A stretch of DNA of 64,000 nt from Anaerohalosphaeraceae bacterium (GTDB lineage: Bacteria; Planctomycetota; Phycisphaerae; Sedimentisphaerales; Anaerohalosphaeraceae): the NCBI GenBank assembly GCA_963675525.2, contig CAXXSL010000008.1, positions 209,819-273,818 on the forward strand. The letters are read 5' to 3'. Positions 40,773 to 54,400 of the stretch are shown one piece after another. Every line of letters begins with the position of its first letter. Positions within the stretch are counted from its first letter, which is position 1. The notes under the pieces are model-generated. The model made no database searches, was not told the DNA's origin, and saw nothing but the letters and a program-made list of their open reading frames with translations. The position numbers and the translations under genes were made by a program.

Positions 40773-41503
40773 TAGGTCGCCTTCCTTTCTTCGAGAATAA
40801 TCATGCCGGCATAGCACCATGCCACCATGAGAATCACAAAGTACGAGATGTCTTTCAATTCCATGACACCACGCATAATCGAATCAAAATGATTTTGAAA
40901 ACTTAATATCTCAAACACATTCGCTGCCGCCGGAGAGAGTGTTGATGCCACAAAATTGAGTGTTGAAGGATGACCTGCGAAAACAAAAATCAAACAGGCA
41001 ACGACCGAGAGAATCAAGCTAATGACCTGATTTTTGGTTAATGCGGAAAAAAACATCCCGATGGACAGAAAGCTTCCGGCCATCAAAAAACTGCCAAGAT
41101 AACCGACGGCGATCTGTCCGGCATCCGGGTCACCGAGATAAGCCACCGTCACCGGAAGCGGAAACGTCAACAGTAAGCCAATCCCTAAAAACACCCACGC
41201 TGCAAAGAACTTGCCCAGCACAGCTTGAGTAACCGTTACCGGCAGGGTCAGCAGCAGTTCAATCGAGCCGTTTTTACGCTCTTCGGCCCACAACCGCATC
41301 GCCACTGCCGAAACCATAAACACAAAGATAATCGGCATCTTGTCAAAAAACAGCCTTAAATCCGCCTGCCGGAGTTCGAAAAAGCCCTCCATAAACGGCC
41401 AGTATCCTGCGGCCAGCAGGAAAATCACCAAGAAAACATACGCCACGGGGGTGGCGAAATATCCCTTTAATTCACGTTTAAAAACAGCCCAAAAGCTATT
41501 CAT
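40772..41503 (-). CDS. GldF-like ABC-2 permease
   Basis: RELKGYFATPVAY, MRLWAEERKNGSIELLLTLP. Confidence 0.9.
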   Translation of the reverse strand: MNSFWAVFKRELKGYFATPVAYVFLVIFLLAAGYWPFMEGFFELRQADLRLFFDKMPIIFVFMVSAVAMRLWAEERKNGSIELLLTLPVTVTQAVLGKFFAAWVFLGIGLLLTFPLPVTVAYLGDPDAGQIAVGYLGSFLMAGSFLSIGMFFSALTKNQVISLILSVVACLIFVFAGHPSTLNFVASTLSPAAANVFEILSFQNHFDSIMRGVMELKDISYFVILMVAWCYAGMIILEERKAT

Positions 41504-41533
41504 TGTCTTGACTCCTAATTCCTGAAGAATGAC

Positions 41534-42256
41534 CTATGCGGATTTTTTGGTCGATGTAATTTTCCGAAAAACCTCATTAAGATTGCAGCCATGCTCTTTG
41601 GTCAATGCCTTCGGCGTCGAATCCACCAGAATCTGCCCGCGGGCAATAATAATCGCCCGATTACATACCTGCTCGACCTCCTCGAGAATATGCGTGGAAA
41701 TAATGATACATTTTTCCTGTGCCATTTGACCGATCAACTGACGGACTTCGTGTTTTTGATTGGGGTCCAACCCGTCTGTCGGCTCATCGAGAATGAGCAC
41801 CTGCGGGTCGTGGATGAGCGCCTGGGCCAGTCCAACACGCCGGCGGTAGCCTTTGGACAATGTTTCAATCGTCTGATGGTAGACCGAATCGATCGAACAC
41901 ATCGGGACAATGCGGTCCAGTGCCTTTTTTCGCTGGGCACCGGAAATCCGCCGGGCATCACACACAAAATCCAGAAAACCGGCCACCGTCATTTCGTTAT
42001 AACACGGAGCGTTTTCCGCCAGATAGCCGATACACTGGCGGACCTGAACCGGCTCGGTTAAAATATCATGGCCGCAGATATTTGCCGTCCCCCCATCAGG
42101 AGCTAAAAAGCAAGCCAGCATTTTCATCGCTGTGCTTTTGCCGGCACCGTTAGGTCCCAGAAACCCCAGCACGTCCCCCTTCTCGGCCGTGAAGGAAATA
42201 TCATCGACCGCAACCACCGGACCGAAACACCGCCTCAGATGTTGTACCTGTATCAT
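41534..42256 (-). CDS. GldA-like ABC ATPase
   Basis: GPNGAGKST, LSKGY signature, ILDEPT. Confidence 0.92.
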   Translation of the reverse strand: MIQVQHLRRCFGPVVAVDDISFTAEKGDVLGFLGPNGAGKSTAMKMLACFLAPDGGTANICGHDILTEPVQVRQCIGYLAENAPCYNEMTVAGFLDFVCDARRISGAQRKKALDRIVPMCSIDSVYHQTIETLSKGYRRRVGLAQALIHDPQVLILDEPTDGLDPNQKHEVRQLIGQMAQEKCIIISTHILEEVEQVCNRAIIIARGQILVDSTPKALTKEHGCNLNEVFRKITSTKKSA

Positions 42257-42428
42257 ATCCATCTCCCAAAACCAGATTTGAACCACCGCTATACGATGTA
42301 GAAAAAGGCGAACTTAAAAAAATACGCCGTTTGTGACAAACTTGTTCTTATTTTTTTAATCAAAATTCATGTCTTGTCAAGAGGCTTTTTTAAAAATCTC
42401 GGGGGAGATTACCGGGAAGATTGTTCAG

Positions 42429-42464
42429 AAAAAAAAGGGCCGCAAGTCATACGACTTGCGGCCC
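42429..42464 (-). terminator. Intrinsic terminator after the giant gene
   Basis: GGGCCGCAAGTC/GACTTGCGGCCC 12-bp stem followed by U8 on the minus strand. Confidence 0.85.
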
Positions 42465-42497
42465 CGGGTCTTTCTTCTAATTGTTGAAATACGTCAT

Positions 42498-45400
42498 CTA
42501 CGGCGTCGGATTAACGATCACAACCGGGTTCGGACCATTCTCGCTCCATCCGTCAGATGAATCGCCCATGTTCCCTTCACCATTAGGCCCACTCGTAGAA
42601 AGGTCGCGGTAGAAGATATACCAAATCAGGCCGGGCTGCTGGTTAGCAGTGAGCACAACGTAACGATACGGTACCTGAACACTGGCCGGGAAACCCGGAT
42701 AAGTTGGATTCGGTGTACCTATACCAACATTCGTGACATTTCTCCATTCAGGCCCCGGGTCCGCACTGCCGCCGCTGTTGTAGTCAATATCACTACACAC
42801 AAACTTATACTCGACGCCGCTCGGGTCCACTGCCTCTATGGCCGTTATGATCTGATACCACAGGCCGCCGCTCTGCAGAGAATCTGGAGCTACCGCATGC
42901 TGCGCCTTGTACGGATATAGAGGATCCTGATTCGCAGACGGCACTGGCGGTTCCAGATCAGCCGCCGCGACCGTAATCGGAAACGCAGGAGTCCATTCAC
43001 TTACTGTTATGATTTGCCCCGGATTGGATTCATGGACAATGGCCATCCGTGCTCTGTATGTGTAAGTCTGCCCGATAACAACGTCCGTATCTATATAAAC
43101 CGGGTCTTCCTGATAAGGTGATTCAAAAGAGAGGTCTCTTCCAAATTTATACTTCACAATATAACCCGCAGGCGGAGAGTACGAAGCAACTTCCATCCCA
43201 ACCGCGATCTGTGCACCCGGCCCCGGATTGATAATCGTATTATAGGGTTCAACTTCCCAGACAGCCGCCGGCAGTTGGGTATTCGAACCCGGCAAAACAG
43301 GGTTCGCCAACTTATCACTCAAGGTCGTCTGATTGCCGCTTCCGTCTTCGGCAAGAACATAGAGTGAGTACGCTTGTCCGGCGATCAGGTCGCTTGCTGT
43401 CGGATGGATCCGCACCACAATATCATCCTGATTTCTTGACAACTCATCAAGTTCGCCGTATGTCAGCCAGCCGTCATGGTTTGCGTCCTGATCAACGTAG
43501 AAGATGCTCAGGTTCGGGAATTCGCCGGATTTGAATTGGTACCGCACATCTTCATCGGGCCACCAGGCGTCATGTCCAAACACGACTTCCATTTCAATTT
43601 CGTCAAAGGTTCCAGCGACCGCTGTCGGTTCGATATCCCATGTCAGAGGATTCGGGAATGGCGGTTCCGTGTCGCTTTCGAGCCAGCAGGAAGCAAATCC
43701 TGTCATATCATAGGTATCGACCAGCGAATCGAAATTGATGTCCACACCGCCGCACCATTCGTTGCCTTGACCACATGACTCAAGCAGCCAGGCCGAAGCA
43801 AATACCGCCCAGTCACTCAGGTCAATTTGCCCGTTAAGGACATAGTCCGTCTTACTGCAAGTTGCCTTGAAGGCGGTTCTATAATGATACCCCAGATCGA
43901 CGATACCCTTATCGTGTGCCGCATAGATGCTGGTGGTATAGTCAGACAGGAAAACATCCGTGCCGTCGGCAGCAACTCGACCCGTACCAGAGGCAAGACC
44001 GCTTCCCGCATTGATACAAGGCGAAACCGGCGGGCCAATCTGATCCAGGTAATAATTCGACGACGTTCCGTCTGAAGCCGGCTCCAGTGCCGATTCAAAC
44101 AACGGATCACTGTTGATGATCTGATTCAGTCCATTCAACTCACATCCCGGCCCGACATAGATCGCGTTGGTACTTGGATATCCGGCGACATCAGCATAGT
44201 TGATCGTCAACGTCGAGGGCCTGGGGTCAAACTCAAAGCCTGTACCGACGGTGATCTGGGTTCCCTGTGTTGCGCTGTTGCTCCAGAAGATACTGTCGTT
44301 CACATCGACAACACTATCATAAGCACAATATAACCCGCCGCCGGAACCAACAAAACCAAGGGCATCGTTTCCATTCGAAGTGTTCTCCGCAAACGTACAG
44401 TTTCCGAAAGAAACCCTTGAATTCCAGTTCACGGATGCACCGCCGCCGTCACGCGAGGCATAATTCACACCAAATAGACAGTTAAAGATATCGGTCACAA
44501 CAGGCACCGTCCCGGTCAGCATCAGACCGCCGCCGGACAGGTCCGCTGTATTATTAACAAAGACCGTATCGTGTGTTTGCAGATTGACTGAATCGGCCAT
44601 CAAACCCGCACCGGAACCTGTCACATCCAGTGCCGCAACCGGAACAACCGGCTCATCCGGGTCTTGCGGATCTTCCGGAGGCACGACGATCACCTGCGGT
44701 GTTTTCGCCATGTTAGCATAAAACAGCGAATTCGTAACGACGGCTGCCTTCTGGCTGAGATAGACACCAGCGCCGAAATAGGCTTCGTTACCAAGGATAT
44801 TGCAGTCCGTGATCTCAGAGGTTGAATCCCACCCGTAAAGACCGCCGCCAACCGTAGCATTATTCTCGCTCAAATAACAATCGTTAAATGTAACTTTGCA
44901 GTCATATTTATACGCTACGGCACCGCCATAGCTGACCTGGAACGAATGCGGCAGATCAACGGTACTGGTATCCGCCACATTATTCCGGAACGTGCAATTC
45001 GTAAATTCCAGTTCACAATCATAAGCCGCAAAGACGGCACCGCCGGCGGTCGGCATATTCAACTGCCGGTCCGGCCAGGCGTTGGTACCATATTGTGCCC
45101 CGCCAACTCCCGTCAGGCCGCCGTGGGATTGGTTCTCTTCAAAGACACAGTCTTTAAATGTGGCATTGCTGTCAAATTCACAATAGACCGCACCGCCGTA
45201 ACCGCTGTACCGCCAGACATCCAGGAATTGATCATAGGGGTCTCCGAGCGGATCCATCGTATCAGATGCATAATCCGCTATGAACTGATCCCAACTGGTA
45301 TAAGCCTCTGTCCAATTGAACCATCGCCTCCAGACGTCAAGATCATATTCCCCATAGAATAATTCATAGGGCGAATAAAAACTGTATTTATCACCATAAG

Positions 45401-48400
45401 CATTATAGGCCCAACCGTCCCACTCTGTCGTCGTGATCAAATACTCTTCGTTGTAGTCATCAAAGATCCAGCCGCCGCCGCGTCCGCCCCACCAGATAAC
45501 ATTGTCAACGACAACATAATCAGCACCATTACCGCCATTGGCGCCAAAGACCTCATTGCCGGTAAACGTACAACTGACAAATTCAGGGTCACTGCTCAGA
45601 CCGCAATAAACGGCACCGCCATACGTCGGGCTGGGCCAACCGCCGTCACCGCCGTTCGGATGGTCCGATCCTCCGTCATAGCCGTTTTCGCCATCGACAG
45701 CGAACAAAGCGTTATCTTCAAAGCGGCAGTTGATGATCTTGGGCGAACTGTTATACATGCTCATTGCACCGCCGTGTAACGGATACTGACTGTAACCGTC
45801 CGTTCCGTCAGGTACATTGCCCGCATGCACAAGTTGGGCATCAGTAAATCGACACTCGCTGAAGACACAGTTCCGAATGATCGGGTCGGCATTCAGCATA
45901 TCCATCTGCCCTTCATGTACGGTAATACCTTCAATTGAGGTTCTATTGTCCAGGTTGCTTAACTCAAAATCAAAATCTCTGAAGATCGTCGCCCGTACAA
46001 CTGATTCATCGTCCGGATTCGAACCGGTTATCGTAACCTTCTTGTTGTCCAGTACAATATTGTTGACTAATGATCCAAATTGGCTCGGAGAGGTATATTC
46101 TCCCGGAGCGATCAAAATAATGTCACCATCCTGTGCATCATCAAGGGCATCGCCCAGCAACGCATAGTCCGAAGACGTGCCGACACTCAGCGTCTGACGC
46201 ATCCGGACCAATACCGCAATATCTTTGTCTTGAGCCATCAAAACGGTATTGCTGGCTTCCTGCAAATTATCATTGAACGTCCCGCCGGACCAGCCGGTCA
46301 GGAAGTATTCCTTGTTAACATCTGCGGTTAATTGAAGAACAACTCCGCGCAGATAACTTCCGGAATTCGGTGCAATCGTACCGGCCTCGGTCAGAACCGT
46401 GTGATCACCGTTTGCATCCACATTCTCATCCACGATGGAGGCATTGAGCGTAAATTTCTCAATCCCATCGGGATCATCATAGTGATACCCCAGATCGACA
46501 ACACCCTGGTCAAGGATAACGTTTGAAACAGCCGGGTCCGTCGTAAAGGTATTTAGACCTGCCGTCAACGCAGTTATACTGCCGGCATTAATTGCCGGGC
46601 TGGACGTTTGATTCAGATAATACATGCCCAGCAGACCGGATTGGAATTGTGGAACCGGATTACCCGGCACGATATTCATATATCCCGGAGCCGCACCGGC
46701 TGAGTAAATCGAACCGCTAGCACCATCACGCACATCGCCGCCCTGATTATCATAAAACAGGGTGTAAGAGGCCTGCGTGTCGCCACTTTCTTTCTCATAG
46801 ATGCCAATGCCGATATTTCCGCTAACGATCGAGTTTTTCAGGGTCGCACTGGACAGATGGTTGACATACAACGCCCCGCCTAAGCTGCTGTCGCTGCTGT
46901 TGTCGGCAAACGTACAATTATCAATCTTCACGTCCACGTACAACTGACAGGACAAACCGCCGCCCTGATTATCGGAATGGTTATTGGCAAACAGACAATT
47001 TGCCAGCGTCTGATCGTAATAGCTCTGGCTGCCGGTAATGCACAGCGCACCGCCGGCGGATATGATACCTTCCGCAAGGTTATTCTCAAATCGTGTATCC
47101 ACGACCTTAAATGGTGTGTCGGTAATATGCAGCCCGCCGCCAAAGCCTTCCTCTGTTACGGTTCGGTGCGCACCCGCGATCGTGCCGGTAGCCTCATTGC
47201 CGTAAACCAGGCACCCATTCATGATAAAATCGGTGGTGCCCTGAGAAACTCTGAAACCGCCGCCGCTGAATGCCTTATTCAGGACCAGGAAAGAATCGCT
47301 TACGGTCAGGATGCAGTTTTTGACAAATCCAGCACCGCCGAGCCCCTGCGCTTCATTACCACTCAGTTCGCAGTTTTCAATCCTTAGCTTTGTGGTACGG
47401 ATAACCGGACCCGGAACAGGAACGTAGCTGTAAACCGCACCACCGTTACCTTGTGAACTGTTTCCATTCAGGATGCAGTTCGTCAATCTCATATCGCTGT
47501 CTGTCCGAATTGCACCGCCGCCGGTATGAGAGGTGTTCCCGAGGAACCGGCAATCCACAATACTCGACTCAACCGCCGCATCCACTTCGACGGTAACAGC
47601 CCCGGCAGTATCAAAATCCTGCACAGTCGCTACGAGGACCGTTTCGTCTATCGGATAAGCGGAAACGTTGTTGATAAAATCGGTCCGCTCGAGCGACAGA
47701 TCAACACTAGTGGAACAATATAAAGCACCTGCTGCATTGTCTTTAAATTCTGAGTCATAGATTTCGAGGGTCACATTCGGGTCGCAATAGACCGCACCGC
47801 CGCGTGTCGTAACAGGAGGATCGATCGTGGGATCTTCAGTCCCGCTTACGACATACGCTTCATTCTCAACAAAGCGGCATCCTTCAAGCGATATATTTGC
47901 GTCCTCCTCGAAGAAAACCGCACCGCCGGCAATCTTACCATACGTGATAAGAATGCCATCTCGACCGTCACGCACCCCATCGTACTCGTCCCACGGGTCC
48001 TCAGCCCAGGGTTCCGGATAAGCATTGCCGCCCGGAGATTCCGCACCGCCGGCACTCACATAACCGGGACGGGCATAGTTGCTTTCAAAAGTACACTCTA
48101 CGATCCGAGGCATACAGTCTTTGGCAACATAGATTGCACCACCGCGGCCATCGCCTTCGCCATAACCGGCATCCAGACTGAGACCATAATACAAATACGC
48201 ATCGAAAAGGCCGTTATAATCGTTTCCGCCCCACCCATAACGTCCGCTGTTGTAGGACCTCCCGGCATCACCCGGAATACCGCCCCAACCGCCGGTTGCA
48301 CGGTTATTCCTGAACGTACAATTCAGGATCTGCGGGTTGCTCGGTGGACTGAATGGGTTGTCACCGCGTATAACAGCAATGGCACCACCGTAACCGTCAC

Positions 48401-51400
48401 CGGTTCCCTTCCCGGAGTGACCGCCCGACTGACTGTCAAGATCATCATCACCGGCATCCAGATTCGCAGGCCAAAGCCCGTCTTCTCCGTCACCGCCGAC
48501 TCCGCCGGAAACCGTACAGTTTTCAAACACACAATTATAGATGGTCGGCGAACTGCCGTTTTCGATCAGGATGGCACCGCCATAACTGTCGCCCGTAGCA
48601 TCCGTACCGGACAACCCTCGCAACGGCGGAAGCGGATCCGGCGGACTCTCATCCCAGGATGTAGGATCAATTCCGCGCCACCACGGCCAATACCCGGTAG
48701 AAACTGCGTAGCTTAATCCGATCTCTGCCGTAAAGGCATTCCGTATCGTAATACCCTGAATAATCGAACTGGCGTTTTCCCCGCTTTCAAAATGGAAGGC
48801 ACGCTTCGATACATATCGGCTGCCCTGGCAATCAATGATCGTACTGGCGATGATCGATTCATTCTCCGGGTCGGTCGAGGTAATCACAATATTTTTAGCA
48901 TTTCCATACCTGTCTCTGCCGAAATTAAGCCCATCCGGGTTTTCAATCAGGTACGGACTGTCCGGACGCGGCGCCAGGACAATCCTGTCACCGGAATAGG
49001 CCGCTTCAATCGCTTCTTCAATCGTGTCATAGGACTCCGGCACATACAGATTCTTCGGCACGTCTAATTCAAATTCCACCTGAACGACACGGTTGCCCGC
49101 CATCGTTACAGTATTCTCCTCGTCAAAGATGAAATCGTTATCCGTACCGCTCCAGTAAGCAACCCGGTAGTTCGGGTCCGAATCCGGGAATGCCGCCAAT
49201 GGAACCACCGTACCCTGTGTGTACCATATTGTGTTCGGATCTACATGGAGGAGGCCATTATTCTGCTGAATGAAACCATGTGCAGTCGAGTCCACCTTCA
49301 CAACGGATGTGGTCAAACTATATTCAAGAACCAACAATGATGCATCATAATGATACCCCATATCAACCGGATCGGCATCCGCCACATGGTCTGTTCTCGT
49401 GGTCACTCCGATGCCCAAAAAGTCCGCCAGATCATCCGCTAAATAACTGATATAACCGGTATCTGTTCCTGCATTGACACACGGGCTTTCGGTTTCCGGC
49501 AGTTGTCCCGCAGCAGCCTGGCTTAAGTAAAATCCCGGCTCGGGGCCTGCCTGGACGAATTGCGGATCGACACTGATCACCGTGTCCTCGCCCCAATCGT
49601 ACGCCAGCATATTTTCCGTCGGCTCGCCCAGATAAATGGCTTCGATCCCTCCCTGAATATCCGTGTAGGATAAAACCACATCACAGAAAACGTTCGGATC
49701 GTAGACATCCAGTGGATCTCCCAGGGCCGCCTGTTCGCCGAATTCTGCAATGTTACCCCATAGGATACTGTTTTCAAGCAAGACCAGTGATTCAAGCAAA
49801 AACCCGCCGTTCGGGTTGATATAATCGTATCCACAGCTCACACCGCCGCCGAAACCCCATGACCCGGTAACAATGTTTTCATAAAGAGTGCAATTAACCA
49901 GATACGGCTCGGCGCCATTCATCACGCCAATGCCGCCGCCGTTGATGCCTGCCGTATTGTTGTACATCAGACAGTTGACAATATCCTGCGTCCCGTTCGG
50001 GATGGAATCAAAGGGACCAATGATATAAACAGCACCGCCGCTGGCTTCAGCTTCATTCTCCATAAATTGACAATTATAAATACGGACCGACTCACTAAGA
50101 CAATAGAGTGCACCGCCGGAACCGACAGGCCCGGTCGAGGCATCCAGTGCTGTATTTTGCGTAAAATTGCTTCCTGTGATCTGAACATCGGATTCGGCGC
50201 TGTAAATCGCTCCACCGTACTCGCCCTCATTGCTCGAAAACTCGCTGTCATCGACCGTCAGGAAAACATCGAAAACACAAATGGCACCGCCATACAGCGA
50301 CCTGTTTCCGGAAAATTGGCTGCCCTCGATATGAGCATCCATCAAAGCACCACGATGAATCCAAATCGCACCGCCCGTTGAATTGCTCCCTGTGCCGATA
50401 GTCTGGTTATTGGTAAAGACACAATCGACGACATTAAATGTACCGCTCGCGGCATTGTCATCGTATGCAATCGCACCGCCGCCATCGCCGTGTGTAGTAT
50501 TTTCGTTAAAGGTACAGTCTGTAAAGGACACCGACTGCGGTCTGAAATAGCAAATGGCGCCGCCCTCATCCTGGGCATCATTGGAATCAAAATCGCATCC
50601 CGTAAAAATGGTGACCGTACCGGTTTGTGCGTAAATGGCACCGCCGTCATCATCCGGGCAGCGGTTGAAATTAAATTCACAATCGGTCGCTGTCAGACTC
50701 GAACCAGGTCTCATCAGCATCGCACCGCCATAGGCTGAAACATGAACTGGGGCTACGTCAGGACCATCAGCGCCGTCAGCACCGTCCGGGTCCCCATTAC
50801 CGCCGTTGCCGCCGTTGCCGCCCGCACCGCCGTCGCCACCGTTGCCACCCATCCCTTCGACATCGCCGCCAGCACCGCCAGCGCCGCCAGCACCGCCATT
50901 ACCGCCGATACCTTCAAAATCTACATCGCCGTCTGAAATGACTCCGCTGGCGTCACCGCCGTTGCCACCGTGACCGCCGGCACCACCAGCGCCGGTCTCA
51001 TCTTCACCTGCAGAGCCGCCAGCGCCGCCATTACCGCCATTACCGCCGGTATAGCGATCGATCGTCCGCTCTACGCGCGTAACCGGGGTGGAATTATTAC
51101 TGAGCACTGTTCCGGACATCCGAAGATTGCAGCTCGTGTCCATATAGATAGCGCCGCCATAGATGACCTGCCATATATCTGCTGTACCGCCGCCGTCGTG
51201 GCCTGCGTTTCCGCCGATGCCGCCATCACCACCGACACCACCATCGCCACCGGCACCATCGGCACCGTCGGCGCCATCGGCACCGTCATCGGTTCCGCCC
51301 CCACCATCGCCACCGGCACCACCGGCACCGCCATCGCCTGCTAAACCACCGGCACCCGCGACGCCGCCGCGGTTCCCCATGCCGATAAGGACATAACAAC

Positions 51401-54400
51401 TATCGATTTCACAGTCTTCAATTTCCGGTTGGCTGTCATGGCCAAAGAAGATCGCTCCGCCAAATCCGTTACCGCCATTGCCGCCATGACCGGCATCACC
51501 GCCGATACCGCCATCGCCACCGAGACCGCCGGCACCGCCATCACCGCCGTCACCACCGGCACCGCCGCCTACGCCGTCAACACCAGCGCCGCCAGTGCCG
51601 CCATTACCGCCATCGGTCCCATCGCCGCCATCACCGCCGGCGCCGCCGTTAGTACCGTTGCCGCCATATCCGGCGTCACCACCTCTGGCATACGTGTTTG
51701 AAATACGGCATTTACGAATCAAAGGCGAACTATGGTCATCGCAATAAATTGCACCGCCATAACCATGGCCCCCATGGCCGCCGTCTTCACCAGCTTGACC
51801 CGGATCACCGGGTCCAGCGTCACCGCCGGCAGCACCAGCGCCGCCATTACCGCCGGCACCGCCGCCGTCGGCGCCATCATCGCCATCACTGCCGTCTTCC
51901 TCAGCATCATCGCCATCACCGCCGTCTTCAACTAAACTGGCATCGCCGTTGTCACCATTTTGTCCATTCTGACCCCACGCATAGCAATCACGGATCACAC
52001 AATTGGAAATCGTCGGACTTGAACCATAAATGGCGATCGCACCGCCGAAAGCATCAACTCCGTTCGGATCCGGATTATCCGGATCAGGAGCCGTATCAGG
52101 TGCGTGAATCGCTGCTCCATTTTGGATCGTAAAGCCGTCAACCACCGAACTACGCGTCTCACCCGTCTGGAAAATGAAGGCGCGATTTTCGCTATGATCA
52201 TCTTCACTTAAATCGACAAGAGATGGATCGATAATAGTTGCGGCTACAACATCCGGATTGGATGGATCGACACTGCGAACAGTGATTGCCCGTCCCCCAA
52301 AGTCGATATTGGTTGTCCCGTAGATTCCGGGCTGCACAACGACCGTATCGCCATTGTTCGCACTATTGATCGCAGATTGAATTGTGCTATACGGATAGGG
52401 AACTTCCAGCGTTCGTGGGTTCGTACCCGTATAGGTTCCCCGCGTCGATGTCGGCTGTGTCTGATAAACCTCCTCAAGTTCCCCGGGATCGCGGTTGAGT
52501 GCTTGTCTGGCGTATACCTGGAAAACATACTCATGATCGACGGCCTGAACCACCTTGACCGTATAATCTGTTTGGCTGATCCAACCACTGTCATACAGAT
52601 TCGGATCAAGCACAATAACGTTATTCGTATCTCGATTGTCCGCCGCATAAACGCAGTCAAAGAAATATTCCACGCCGTTTTCGTCATACGACCGTGACAC
52701 TATCATCGCAATATGCCGTTCCCGATATCCGAGACTGACCTCTCGCGGAACTGAGACCCACGTCGAATTTGGCGCTGGCGGCAGATTGTCGACACCGCTT
52801 GCCGTGGTAAAGGTTACTTCAGGGGACCACATGGTCGCATTTTGATTTTCAGATTTATCACGTACCTGGGTACGGAATGTATAGGTCGTTCCTTCCTCCA
52901 GATTTGTTACCACATAAAGAGGACTATCCTGCCAACCGCTGTCAAAGTTGGGGTCGTTTTCCGCCGGAACATTCACACAATCAAAGAAATACTCGACGCC
53001 GTTATCACCCGTTGCGTTTGTTGCTTTCATGACCGCATGATGAAGTCCCGTAGGAACCGGTTCGACATCCCACTCGGCCGGATCCGGCAAAGGACCTTGT
53101 GTGTTGTCGCTTGGCCCTGCTGAAAAAGGATTGGAGCCATTCACCGACAGCACACCGATGTTGCTCGGATCAAGCCAGTCCTGCAGACGTTGAGTAGAAT
53201 CGATACCGTCCCAAGCCACTGAAAACTTGCCGTAGCAATCCCACCCATTATTATCCGGACAAGCCGCAATACCGCCGGAAAGAAAACCAACGAGATTATG
53301 CGTATCAGGATCCCAAAGGCCGGAACCGGATGAACCCGGTTCGGTGGTGCCGTCTTCCCAGTCATCGACTAGCCAGTGGCTATTGATACCGCCGGTGCCG
53401 ATACAACTGTCTGAAGTCGATAGCGGATCGGTGTTGAAACTGATCGCTTTTTCGTCGGTATTGGGATGGTGAATGCCTACTGAGCCGGCGGGAGTTGCTC
53501 CGGAACGGTCCCATCCGGCATAGTAAACATCAAAGGTATCAAGCGGTTGTTCCTGTAATGTAACAAGGCACATATCGACATCGAATCGACTGGCGCAAAA
53601 AGTGGCACCGCTTTGATTCTGGTTCAGATCGCCACCGCCAAGTTGACCGCATGCCGGAGACTCGAAATTCCAATAGACAACCATTGATGAGGCATTGAAC
53701 GCATCGATGCCGCAATGGTTAGCCGTCAGAAAATAGGGCGTGAAACTGCGATCTGCATCCATGATCAGCGTTCCGGTACAGCTGAAGAATCCGTTTAGCG
53801 TGTAAACGGCGACGCTGCGAATCTCATCGCGCCAAGCGTCACCTTCCGGACAAACCACATCGTTGTTGCAGGCACCGCTTTTCTGGCTCTGGGTGATTTT
53901 GAACATATCCCGATAACCGCCGCCGATCTGTGTCAGTCTGAGTTGCGGGGCGCCTACAACATCAGACGGGACATGCAGTTCCAATACCGCCTGACCGCCC
54001 GGAACCAGCGGTGACCAGAATTGGCCGTCGGCTTTGTTATCGTCAACCGTATAGGGGCCCTGGTAGTAGCCATTCAACTCGCTGATGATATGGAACATTG
54101 CGCCGTCAGGGAGATGGAAAAAGCTAAATCCAAAGTTCAGATCCGTTGCACCGGGGCTGTCAATACGCAAACGCCATAAACGCGATCCATCATCCAGCGT
54201 TTCCCATGTTCCGTCTGTTTCGGTGGTAATATCCGATTGGAACGGATAAGCAAAACGCAGCGGCGCAGGGTCTATCTTGCAAGGGTCCTCTGCCTTGAGT
54301 GCATCAGGATCCACCTGAGATGTCGTGTAGACATCAATGGCTGTCAAATCCAGGACAGACTTTTCCTGGCTGACCGGAGGAACACCTTGACGTGCCCATG

